A DNA stretch of 64,000 nt from NCBI GenBank assembly GCA_963550695.1, contig CAUVDL010000002.1:9766-73765 (forward strand), in the 5' to 3' direction. The translations under genes were made by a program, and so were the position numbers. The notes under the pieces were generated by a model, which saw nothing but the letters and a program-made list of their open reading frames with translations, made no database searches and was not told where the DNA came from. This stretch comes from an uncultured Prevotella sp. (GTDB taxonomy: Bacteria > Bacteroidota > Bacteroidia > Bacteroidales > Bacteroidaceae). Shown piece by piece: positions 1 to 8,677 of this stretch. Each line of letters starts with the position of its first letter. Positions within the stretch are counted from its first letter, which is position 1.

Positions 1-197
1 GCTTCATTATTAACGCCCAATTGACTTGCAAAAGATGCCCTTTAAGACGCTAACTAACGCCCTTTTGAACCCTTACTAAGCACCTTTTGAAATGTACCCT
101 CACAACAACTTGATAACAAACAACTTACAACAGCAATAAAAAAACTTGTTCTTATCCTTTTTTAGAGCCATTCTTATTAACTTTTTGTAATGTTTTT
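1..197 (+). repeat. Dispersed repeat family A (22-bp-period element), copy 1, cut by the window edge
   Basis: AACGCCCAATTGACTTGCAAAAGATGCCCTTTAAGACGCTAACTAACGCCCTTTTGAA...AAGCACCTTTT; CC-anchored units at 17, 39, 61, 83; matches six other copies; outer boundary approximate. Confidence 0.85.
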
Positions 198-251
198 TCC
201 GTATAGCTACTTGCGCTTGAAAGGGATGCGAAGAGATAAATAGAATAACCG

Positions 252-297
252 AAAAAGGCTGCATCAAAAGAGGATTGAACCTTTTTTGATACAGCCT
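252..297 (-). terminator. Probable intrinsic terminator of the 955-aa lipoprotein gene
   Basis: AGGCTGCATCAAAAGAGG / CCTTTTTTGATACAGCCT stem with an A-tract at 252-256 (U-tract on the minus strand). Confidence 0.6.
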
Positions 298-348
298 ATT
301 TAAGCTAACTATATTAAACGCAGCGTTACGCTGCTTTATAGCCTTTGT

Positions 349-3216
349 TTATTTCTCTGCAACTGGTCGAACTGAGAAACCGAACGCACGAATGTTGCGG
401 TAAAGTGGATGAACAACATTATGCTCAAATCCTAAAACATTACCGTTGTTGTTGTCGTTAGGGGTAGCTGTCCAGTATTCACCAGCCACACCGTATTTTG
501 TCAATGTGCTTCCGTTTCTTGCTTCTCTATATCCTGCAGCAGGGAAGAAGATTGTCTCAGTCTTACTGCTATTAGTCCAGAAGTTATGACCGAAGTTGTT
601 TTTATATGTTTCTGCCTCAATTGTAGCATCCGCATTTATCTGATTAATGTTATTCGAGAGTACACCAGTCGTTGTAAATCCAGTGAATGCATCATTAGCA
701 GGTACACTAAAACCAACAGGACATGGATCGTAAATAGTCTTTACAACAGTCTGACTGTTTGCTTGGTTTTCGGCATACGCTGAAGTATTATTCATTGACC
801 ACAAGTTATAGAGTGTATAGTACTTTGCAAAGTTTGTCCCTGCATTCAGTGAGCCGTCGGCATTATATCCTGCTGTATAATAGTTTTGTGGGTTCTGGAG
901 GATAGTTTGCATATACATATCGCTTCCAGCATTCCATTTAATTGTACCTTCAGCAGGCTGCCCAACCTTACCTGGGAAAGCATCCTTACGACCCCACTGA
1001 TACTGCGTTGTATAACCTGTCCTTGATGTTGTACCAGGCAACTGTGTAATCGTGATGATTGTTTCTTTCTTCTTACCAATGGTCTGCCTTATCTTTACAT
1101 TTACAGAACGAGGGCTTTGGTAAGGAGTACCTTGCCATAATGTAGGCTTCCATCCCAGTGCTTCATTAGCAAATCCATAAATAGTTCCTTGCTTGTTGGT
1201 AACAGGAATCTCCTTAAGTGCATCCTTTGGTGCAAACCACAGATGCCAAGACCACAGGGTTTGATACTCTGTATAATAAACTCTAACCGTTACTTTTTTA
1301 CGTCCTTGTAGTCGTTCTTCATCCCTAAACTTCTGAATAGATTTTCTGACAGCTATAACTGCATTACCACTCTTGATACCATCCTCTGGCACTTGAAACT
1401 TTATGTAGAGGTTGCCATCAGGAGCACGATAAAGTCCATTATCCTTTATTTTGACAAGATTACTCTCGTCTGACCATAGAACCCAAGCCTTATCAATACT
1501 TCTATTCGCTCCGTTATTTGTCTTTTCAATCCAAGGGTCAGTAATAGGATTACCGTCTTGGTCTCTTAGCTCTGTCAGGGTATTACCATTACCTGGTACG
1601 GTCATCTTATATGCACTACTGTTAGTAGCACCACCCTTAATAGCGTTACCATACACCAACGGAATCATATAATATCCTGGTGCAGAAATAACATAGCAGT
1701 TTGCAGTGTTCTCTACAGCTGCCGCACCTGTCTTGTTTGAGAGGTTATAAGGTGTAGCCTCCGAACCCAAAGGATTTTTCTTTAGTTCGTTATTACGTGC
1801 TGCAAGCAGGTCGACAGTCTTAGCAGGAATAAGTGTTGCTGTTAACTGCTCTGGATGATCTTTGCTACCATTACCTCTCTCTGCACTCAAGCTCTTCAGC
1901 CATGCTGGCTTATTGTTACTATAATTCTTTCCATCTTCACTATACCCTACAACTTCCCATGGCACAGCAACTATTTCTGTTCCAACACGACGACGACTCA
2001 GTATGGTAAAACCACCTGACGTCTGTGTATCTGTGAAGCTTGCAATATTAGGATCTACCCCTGTAAGTTCATATTCCCAATTAGAATTCTTCTCGCTCAG
2101 TTTATAGACGTGTGTTGTACCTTCTCTCCATGTACCTTTGAGAGGCACATGAATTTTTGTACCATCACTAAAGACAATCTCAGCCTTGACACTGTTACCA
2201 TCAAGTGTCTGTGGAATCATATAGAAGGTGTAACCATCAGTCAACTGTTTAAGGTCTGTTACATCTGGATTATTAAACCTGGTCTGGTTTCTAATAATGC
2301 TATTAGGCTTCTCAGTTGTCTTATAGCTTAATCCTGAAAGCGTTACTTTTCCACGTTGGCTATATCCATTGTTATCCCATCCTGCACCCACAGGATTAAT
2401 GCGGTCGTTAGGAAGTCTGTACTTACTCTTCAACAAGACATTATCAATAGAAATCTCCTTTATCGTCTTGTTGTATGAGAGGTCTTGACCAACAGCAAAA
2501 CGAATTGCTGTCAACGCATGACGGAACCAAAGGTTGGTTTCTGGTGCCTGATTGTGAGTTGTGTATGTTACTAAACCAGAACAAGCAGTCATAAGGTCTA
2601 CCTGCTTAGTAACGTCTTTATTGACTGTAAACTCAATCGTTGGCGCAGATGTGGCTGTTGGTTGAGATTTAACCACTATATTATTATTGTTATCCGTAGT
2701 TTCTGGGTAAACTGCGTAGAAGCGGGCATAACGCTGACCCCATGACCAAAGGATTGAAGGGTTAATATTACCCTGCGGTGTGGTAGACTTATTCTCAAAC
2801 CAATTTGTACCAATTGAATTGGCGACAGTACCACGAATACCTGTTGATGAGAAATTGCCAAGAGTGCTACTGGTGACAATATTAGCACGTGTGCTTGGCT
2901 CAACCTTCACAGGGTTAACACCCTCCATAACTGTTTCAATCAAGCAAGCATCAAGATTTCCGTCACCCTCTGCCAATAACTTCTGCCCCTCAAGCTCCTT
3001 ATTAGTCAGTCCCGGAGTGATAGATCCACGTGTCAGTGCACCTCCACGAGCCAGTGCATCTTCCTGTACATCACTTACATTAAAGCGTACAACAGCTCCA
3101 TTATTGCCATTATTAGCGTTTTCTCCCAAATCATCATCTGCACAAGATACAGCAGAGAATGCCATACCACCTATAAACAAGGCTGAGAGTGCATGATAGA
3201 AAAATGTCTTATTCAT
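349..3216 (-). CDS. Fimbrillin/type V pilin-like lipoprotein with a C-terminal Fib_succ_major/C-type-lectin-like domain
   Basis: Lipobox SAVSC-ADDD; TR motifs (ALTRG, STRAN); FYAVYP, DLMTA, FRHALTAIRF and YMIPQTL fimbrillin-like motifs; C-terminal QWGRKD, DPCPVGF, FFPAAGYR, GEYWTAT, FSVRPV. Confidence 0.75.
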   Translation of the reverse strand: MNKTFFYHALSALFIGGMAFSAVSCADDDLGENANNGNNGAVVRFNVSDVQEDALARGGALTRGSITPGLTNKELEGQKLLAEGDGNLDACLIETVMEGVNPVKVEPSTRANIVTSSTLGNFSSTGIRGTVANSIGTNWFENKSTTPQGNINPSILWSWGQRYARFYAVYPETTDNNNNIVVKSQPTATSAPTIEFTVNKDVTKQVDLMTACSGLVTYTTHNQAPETNLWFRHALTAIRFAVGQDLSYNKTIKEISIDNVLLKSKYRLPNDRINPVGAGWDNNGYSQRGKVTLSGLSYKTTEKPNSIIRNQTRFNNPDVTDLKQLTDGYTFYMIPQTLDGNSVKAEIVFSDGTKIHVPLKGTWREGTTHVYKLSEKNSNWEYELTGVDPNIASFTDTQTSGGFTILSRRRVGTEIVAVPWEVVGYSEDGKNYSNNKPAWLKSLSAERGNGSKDHPEQLTATLIPAKTVDLLAARNNELKKNPLGSEATPYNLSNKTGAAAVENTANCYVISAPGYYMIPLVYGNAIKGGATNSSAYKMTVPGNGNTLTELRDQDGNPITDPWIEKTNNGANRSIDKAWVLWSDESNLVKIKDNGLYRAPDGNLYIKFQVPEDGIKSGNAVIAVRKSIQKFRDEERLQGRKKVTVRVYYTEYQTLWSWHLWFAPKDALKEIPVTNKQGTIYGFANEALGWKPTLWQGTPYQSPRSVNVKIRQTIGKKKETIITITQLPGTTSRTGYTTQYQWGRKDAFPGKVGQPAEGTIKWNAGSDMYMQTILQNPQNYYTAGYNADGSLNAGTNFAKYYTLYNLWSMNNTSAYAENQANSQTVVKTIYDPCPVGFSVPANDAFTGFTTTGVLSNNINQINADATIEAETYKNNFGHNFWTNSSKTETIFFPAAGYREARNGSTLTKYGVAGEYWTATPNDNNNGNVLGFEHNVVHPLYRNIRAFGFSVRPVAEK

Positions 3217-3245
3217 TATTATCTTTATTCTTTGTTTTTACTCTT

Positions 3246-3431
3246 TTAATCTTCTGAAACGACTTCTTCGTCACCTCCAGGCTGCAAATCTATTACTTTA
3301 TTTTCGCCACCGCCACCGCCACCAGGCTGGACAACAGGGCTTGCAGCTAAAATAAAGCTTTCCTCCAAAATGTTACATACCGAAATAGTCGGCCTAAGAT
3401 AATTTAGTTTTTTTGTTTCTATTGTTTTCAT
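3246..3431 (-). CDS. Small YxxP-motif peptide (61 aa) upstream of pilin-like lipoprotein
   Basis: ATG start after an AT-rich leader; YLRPTISVCNILEESFILAAS matches two other peptides in the same gene context; 29 bp from the downstream gene. Confidence 0.75.
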   Translation of the reverse strand: MKTIETKKLNYLRPTISVCNILEESFILAASPVVQPGGGGGGENKVIDLQPGGDEEVVSED

Positions 3432-3604
3432 TTTTTCATAAATAAGTTTTACACCTATTATAACATTGAACTATAAATTAAGTATAAATAATAAGAGGAA
3501 TTGTGTGTCTAAGGACCTGTTCACATACTACAAACCCATGAATTAGCACCTTATTACTCTATACGATTTAGTCCTTGTCTCATCATTCAATTCAATAATT
3601 ATTG

Positions 3605-3612
3605 CAAAATTA
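3605..3612 (-). promoter_or_regulatory. Candidate Bacteroidota -7 promoter box for the peptide-lipoprotein unit
   Basis: TAATTTTG on the minus strand fits TAnnTTTG, about 175 bp upstream of the peptide ATG. Confidence 0.45.
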
Positions 3613-3803
3613 TAAATAATAGTGCAAATAACACCATTCTTGGTTTACTTTTTTTTTCTATTTTTCAAATAAGATGACAGAACTTGACTTAAATCAAGAA
3701 TAATAGTTAATTAGTTGAAGGAAAGTATTATTTCCAACTTAACCATGAGTTTTCATTTGGCAAGCAGTATAAACCTAATTAGCCCACAAAGCACTAATAG
3801 GTG

Positions 3804-4218
3804 GGCTTCCGTTAAATGCGTAGATTGTTAATAGAATAAGATTAATCCACATACATGGTATAATTATCCCCAATGAGATGGTTTTATAAAGCGGGCTAAA
3901 CAATATGATAAATGTAATTAGCTGCGATGTCTATCTGTTTTCTACAAACAATTTATTCTCATACTATTGCTTTTTTGTAAACTATTTTCGTGCAGTTCAA
4001 AACCAACATACGCTCTTTTGGCTTCAAAAAGACGCCCAATTGACTTGCAAAAGATGCCCTTTAAGACGCTAACTAACGCCCTTTTGAAGTCTAATTAAGC
4101 ACCTTTTAAAATCCCTCTTTGCAACTATTTGATAACAAACAACTTACAAGGGTATAAGAAAAGCACGTTTTTAGCCGTTTTTTCGACCTTTCTAATCAAT
4201 ATTTTGTAAGGATATTTT
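3804..4218 (+). repeat. Repeat family A, extended ~410-bp copy
   Basis: Five 22-bp units at ~4011-4107 plus ~200 bp of upstream sequence matching the reverse complement of ~43660-43870. Confidence 0.85.
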
Positions 4219-4228
4219 ACACACAGAA

Positions 4229-4437
4229 CCTCACCCCCCACCCCCCTCTCCGAAAGGAAAGAGAAGCCTCACCCCCCAACCCCCTCTCCGAAGGGAGAGG
4301 GGGAGTGCTGGGAACAATTTGCTATGGAGTATTGTTAACCGCTTGCAGTGTTGGGGTAGCTAAATGTATTTCCTAATCAATAGGGGTATCTCGCTAATCA
4401 CTCCCCTCCCTATGGGGGAGGGGTTGGGGGTGGGGCT
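4229..4437. repeat. Repeat family B: G/C-tract palindromic element
   Basis: CCCCCTCTCCGAAGGGAGAGGGGG and CCCCTCCCTATGGGGGAGGGG hairpins; ends near-identical to parts of 15950-16095. Confidence 0.85.
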
Positions 4438-4461
4438 GCTATCTTTTTCACATTTTCTATC

Positions 4462-6942
4462 TTAATCCTGGAAGTAAACTCTCTTCACGCGATTGCTGAT
4501 AGTCGTCAGTACCTCATATGGAATCGTGTCAAGCGTATCGCTGAGAACGGTGACAGGGAGGTGGTCGCCGAAGATTTCGACACTGTCACCTTCCTTGCAA
4601 TCGATGCCAGTAACGTCAATCATCGCTACGTCCATACAGATGTTGCCGACGTACTCTGCCTTCTGACCATTCACCAAACAGTAGCAGTGGCGGTTGCCCA
4701 AATGGCGGTTTAAGCCGTCAGCATATCCGATTGGAATTGCTGCAACCACACTGTCATGGTCGATGGTTCCCTTGCGAGAATAGCCTACCGTGTCACCAGC
4801 TGGTACGTTACGTAGTTGCAGGATAGTCGTCTTCAACGTAGAGATATTGTTGATTGTCTTGTTTGTGCGTGGGTTAATACCATAAAGACCTAAGCCCAAT
4901 CTGCACATATCCATCTGACGTTCAGGGAAGTGCTCGATGCCCGAAGAGTTGTCCATGTGGCGGATAATCTTATGATTGAAGGCTGCTTGAAGCTTCTTGC
5001 TACCCTCATCGAAGAGTGCAAACTGGCGTGCAGAGAACTCGTCGAAGTTGTCAGCATCAGAGCCAACAAAGTGAGAGAAGACCGAACGAGGGATGATAGC
5101 GTTCTGCTGTTTCAGTCGCTTAATCAGTTCGTCCATATCCTTCTGTGGGTCAAAGCCTAATCGATGCATACCTGTATCGAGCTTAATATGAACAGGGAAG
5201 CCCGTGATACCCTCCTTCTGTGCCGCCTTCACGAGTGCATCCATGAGTCGGAAGCTATACACCTCTGGTTCAAGGTCGTAATCGAAGAGTGTCTTAAAGG
5301 AAGTCATCTCTGGATTCATAATCATGATATTGCTTGTGATACCGTTCTTACGGAGCGTCACACCCTCGTCAGCAACAGCCACAGCGAGATAGTCAACACG
5401 ATGATCTTGTAAGGTCTTTGCTATCTCTACCGCCCCTGCTCCATAGGCATCAGCCTTAATCATACAAACCAATTTCGTTTCTGGTTTGAGGAAAGAGCGG
5501 TACCAGTTGAGGTTGTCAACAACAGCATTGAGGTTTACCTCCAATACTGTCTCATGCACCTTCATCACCAAGAGTTCTGTCAGTCGGTCGAATCCAAACT
5601 GTCGCGCGCCCTTCAATAAGATTACTTCATCGTGTAAGTTAGCGAAGACATCACTGTGGATAAAGGCGTTGACGGTAGCAAAGAAATGCTTTTCACCCAA
5701 ATGCTTAAAGGCAGAACGCTGTGCCAATAGCCCTTCACCGACACCAATAAACTTCTCAACACCACGCTTCTCACAGAGAAAAGCCACCTTATTATATAGG
5801 TCTTTATCCGTGTCACCACTTTGCAGGATATCGCTCAAAATCAATGTGCGACGACGCCCCTTATGGTCAGGACGACGGTTCATGAAGTCGAGTGCAATAT
5901 CGAGTGAGTTGAAATCAGAGTTATAAGAATCGTTGATAAGCGTACAGCCATGCTGTCCCTCCTTTACCTCCAAGCGCATAGCGACAGGCTCTAATTGTGC
6001 CATTCGCTCGCTGATAGTAGCAGGGGTGAGCCCTAAATAGAGCGAAACGACAGCGCAGGTGATAGAGTTTTCAACGCTTGCATCGTCAATGAAAGGCAGT
6101 TTATATTGTCCTTCTGTCTTCCCTTTCCAAATATATGAAACCGTTGTCTCAATGTCTTTCTTCTCAATAGCCTTGATATAAAAGGCAGCCTCAGCATTCT
6201 TTACAGACCAATCTAACTTCTGTCCCTTGTAATCATACTGGCTTAAACACTGTGCCATCACCTCATTGTCGGCAGAATAGACAATTGCCTCGGTGTCATG
6301 GAAGAGTTTTATCTTCTCATTGCACTTTGCTTCTAAGGAAGGGAAGTTCTCTTGATGGGCAGTACCTAATGTGGTGAAGACACCGATTGTAGGCTGGATA
6401 ATGTCGTGCAAAGCCATCATCTCGCCTGGTTGACTGATACCCGCTTCAAACACTCCGACCTGTGTATTCTCGGTCAAGAGCAGTACTGACAGTGGAACAC
6501 CAATCTGAGAATTATAGCTACGAGGTGAGCGTGTGACCACCATCTGCGGAGAAAGCAACTGATAAAGCCACTCCTTAACCATCGTCTTACCATTAGAACC
6601 CGTGATTCCCACAATCGGAATCAAGTATTCATCACGATGACGTTCAGCCAGTCGCTGCAAAGCTTCCAGCGAACCAACAACTTTCAAGAAGTTAGAATCA
6701 GGATAACGAATTGCCCAATCCTCAGGCACTACCTCCACAACAAAGTTTCTCACACCCCTCGCATAGAGTTCTGGAATGTAATTCTGTCCGTCGTTACGCT
6801 CTGATTTGAGCGCAAAAAACAATGTTTCTTCTGGGAAACACAGGGAGCGACTGTCGGTAAGCACAAAGCTTATATTTGCATCTTTATCACCATAACGGCG
6901 TGCACCAATGAGCGTCGTTACTTTCTCAATAGTATAATTCAT
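4462..6942 (-). CDS. alr: Bifunctional MurF-like ligase / alanine racemase
   Basis: N-terminal Mur ligase motifs (DSRS, GITGSNGKT, SYNSQIGVPLS, INDSYNSD); C-terminal Alr motifs (IKADAYG PLP lysine, HIKLDTGMHRLG, IGYADG, ICMD, IPYEV). Confidence 0.95.
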   Translation of the reverse strand: MNYTIEKVTTLIGARRYGDKDANISFVLTDSRSLCFPEETLFFALKSERNDGQNYIPELYARGVRNFVVEVVPEDWAIRYPDSNFLKVVGSLEALQRLAERHRDEYLIPIVGITGSNGKTMVKEWLYQLLSPQMVVTRSPRSYNSQIGVPLSVLLLTENTQVGVFEAGISQPGEMMALHDIIQPTIGVFTTLGTAHQENFPSLEAKCNEKIKLFHDTEAIVYSADNEVMAQCLSQYDYKGQKLDWSVKNAEAAFYIKAIEKKDIETTVSYIWKGKTEGQYKLPFIDDASVENSITCAVVSLYLGLTPATISERMAQLEPVAMRLEVKEGQHGCTLINDSYNSDFNSLDIALDFMNRRPDHKGRRRTLILSDILQSGDTDKDLYNKVAFLCEKRGVEKFIGVGEGLLAQRSAFKHLGEKHFFATVNAFIHSDVFANLHDEVILLKGARQFGFDRLTELLVMKVHETVLEVNLNAVVDNLNWYRSFLKPETKLVCMIKADAYGAGAVEIAKTLQDHRVDYLAVAVADEGVTLRKNGITSNIMIMNPEMTSFKTLFDYDLEPEVYSFRLMDALVKAAQKEGITGFPVHIKLDTGMHRLGFDPQKDMDELIKRLKQQNAIIPRSVFSHFVGSDADNFDEFSARQFALFDEGSKKLQAAFNHKIIRHMDNSSGIEHFPERQMDMCRLGLGLYGINPRTNKTINNISTLKTTILQLRNVPAGDTVGYSRKGTIDHDSVVAAIPIGYADGLNRHLGNRHCYCLVNGQKAEYVGNICMDVAMIDVTGIDCKEGDSVEIFGDHLPVTVLSDTLDTIPYEVLTTISNRVKRVYFQD

Positions 6943-6970
6943 TACTCTCTAAATTGTTTTATATCTTATG

Positions 6971-6978
6971 CAAAGGTA
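6971..6978 (-). promoter_or_regulatory. Candidate -7 promoter box for murF-alr
   Basis: TACCTTTG on the minus strand, 28 bp upstream of the ATG. Confidence 0.5.
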
Positions 6979-7026
6979 GTGAAAAGTCTTTATACAGCAT
7001 ATTATCCTTGCATTTTTTTCGTCCTA

Positions 7027-7473
7027 TCATTTAATATAATATCGGCGAGCGCACTTAGGACACACTCCCTTTATCATATAGTTGATGGAGGATTGTTCGT
7101 ATCCTGCTGGCAAATTTACTTGTGGTACGGGGATGTCATTAAAGCAGTAAGTGCGATGACAACGCTCACAATAGAAGTGTACGTGCAAGTCTTCATCTTC
7201 TTCATCATCATGACTCAAACATAATTCGTAGCGTACCACATCATTCCCGTCCTCCAACTGATGTACGAGGTGTTGCTGCTTAAACAAAGATAGAGTACGA
7301 AAAATATTTGACTTATCAATCGTTTGAATTCTTACCTCCAACTCTTTCATAGAGGCAGGGCTGTCCAGTCCTGACATTGTTCGTGCTATGAGTATGCGAT
7401 TTGCGGTCAGTCTAATGCCATGTGCTTTCAACAGTTCTTCTATCTGCTTGTCATTTAATTCATCCATCGTCAT
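7027..7473 (-). CDS. Fur family transcriptional regulator
   Basis: GIRLTANR, IFRTLSLF, HVHFYCERC and C-terminal GVCPKC motifs. Confidence 0.9.
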   Translation of the reverse strand: MTMDELNDKQIEELLKAHGIRLTANRILIARTMSGLDSPASMKELEVRIQTIDKSNIFRTLSLFKQQHLVHQLEDGNDVVRYELCLSHDDEEDEDLHVHFYCERCHRTYCFNDIPVPQVNLPAGYEQSSINYMIKGVCPKCARRYYIK

Positions 7474-8282
7474 AAATTCAATTCTATTTTAGGGTATTTC
7501 TGTTTTAGCAAGATTGCTTTTTCCTTTGTTTTCTTTATGAAATCCTGATAAGCCGCTGCCTCTGGATGAAACGGGCGATGCGCCAACGCCTCTTTAATAG
7601 GTTGCCATTCCACAAGAAACTGTTTAGCTTTTGCAGAGAAACAGGTTGCCACAAGCTGTTCCCATATATATTCTACGGACTGATCATTGGGGTGCAACAT
7701 ATCTGCTTTGTAGAAACGATAGTCGCGTAGTTCGTCGTTCACAATCTCATAGGCTGGGAAATAATAGACCATCTCACCTTCTTCCTTAATCAGCTTGTCG
7801 GTAGCCAACAGCAGCACAGCCTTTGACAACTGACTTCCGTGATAGCCATATTTGGCATAACGGATAGGGCTGACCGTGATAATGACCTTGACCTTTGGAT
7901 TTGCTTGTCGTAATAGGGTGATAGCCTCGCGCAGTGCATCAGCACACTCCTCAACCGTAAGTTCGCGCTCTTCAAACTCTCGTTGTGGACGTTTCTGGCA
8001 GTTGTCAACAATCTCGCCTGTAGCTCGCTCCACATAGACATGGTTTGTTCCCAATGTGAATACGGCTGTGTCAAACGTATGGTTTGCCACCTTCTTCACC
8101 GTATGTAGCACTGAAACAGGGTTATACATCACACCGAAGGGGTTTACCATGGCACGAAACTTCTCTTCTTCGAATCGCTTACCAATATTGTCGGCAAAGC
8201 ACGATCCTACAAAAAGAATCCGCTCACAAGGTTCCAACTCAAATGTTGGACGGGAGATGTTGACAATTGTTCTAAATTCCAT
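7470..8282 (-). CDS. GSCFA domain protein (SGNH-hydrolase-like)
   Basis: GSCFA signature, NPFG, TVSPIR, YFPAYEI, DMLHP; 4-bp overlap with the fur-like gene. Confidence 0.9.
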   Translation of the reverse strand: MEFRTIVNISRPTFELEPCERILFVGSCFADNIGKRFEEEKFRAMVNPFGVMYNPVSVLHTVKKVANHTFDTAVFTLGTNHVYVERATGEIVDNCQKRPQREFEERELTVEECADALREAITLLRQANPKVKVIITVSPIRYAKYGYHGSQLSKAVLLLATDKLIKEEGEMVYYFPAYEIVNDELRDYRFYKADMLHPNDQSVEYIWEQLVATCFSAKAKQFLVEWQPIKEALAHRPFHPEAAAYQDFIKKTKEKAILLKQKYPKIELNL

Positions 8283-8401
8283 AAGGCCGCAAAGGTAAGA
8301 AAAATCATAGAGAAAGCCAATCAGTAAAGAATATTTTTCATACTTTTTAGTTGCTTGAATAAATATTCTATCAGTTAATGTTTCTTTTCATATATTATTT
8401 G

Positions 8402-8409
8402 TATATTTG
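8402..8409 (+). promoter_or_regulatory. Candidate -7 promoter box
   Basis: TATATTTG fits TAnnTTTG, 40 bp before ATG 8450. Confidence 0.5.
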
Positions 8410-8449
8410 CCCTACTTATAAACTTGTTGTTTTTAAGTTGAGTACTGAT

Positions 8450-8662
8450 ATGGATCAAAAGACATTAGAGTTTGTTACTTATTGCATAGGCAAGTTGTCG
8501 GTAATGTTGAATCTGTCACAGCAAGAAGTATATCGTAGGTTGAAAACCTCTGGTATACTGGATGAATATATTGTGCCTTCTTATGATGTATTGCATACAT
8601 TCGGCTCTCGTTATCTGATGGAGGATTTGACGGAATACATGAAAGAGAAAGGAGTTTTATAA
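8450..8662 (+). CDS. DUF3791-like small protein
   Basis: MDQKTLEFVTYCI...GILDEYIVPSYDVLHTFGSRYLMEDL; start moved to ATG 8450 because the longer ORF overlaps the promoter box. Confidence 0.75.
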   Translation: MDQKTLEFVTYCIGKLSVMLNLSQQEVYRRLKTSGILDEYIVPSYDVLHTFGSRYLMEDLTEYMKEKGVL

Positions 8663-8677
8663 ATAGAGAAACGATAA

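Noticed and set aside
349..700. Diversity-generating retroelement target: the C-terminus resembles CLec-type variable proteins
   Set aside because: No reverse transcriptase and no template repeat differing at adenines was seen in the window; a remote DGR cannot be excluded.
3246..3431. Lasso peptide or other RiPP gene cluster suggested by the YxxP motif
   Set aside because: No cyclase, leader peptidase, RRE, radical SAM enzyme or peptide exporter lies next to any of the three peptides.
4011..4107. CRISPR array (also considered for 62008-62068 and 63865-63920)
   Set aside because: Units are contiguous or degenerate with no unique 30-40 bp spacers, and there are no cas genes.
8378..8449. N-terminal extension of the DUF3791-like ORF
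   Set aside because: It overlaps the TAnnTTTG promoter box and AT-rich leader; ATG 8450 is more plausible.
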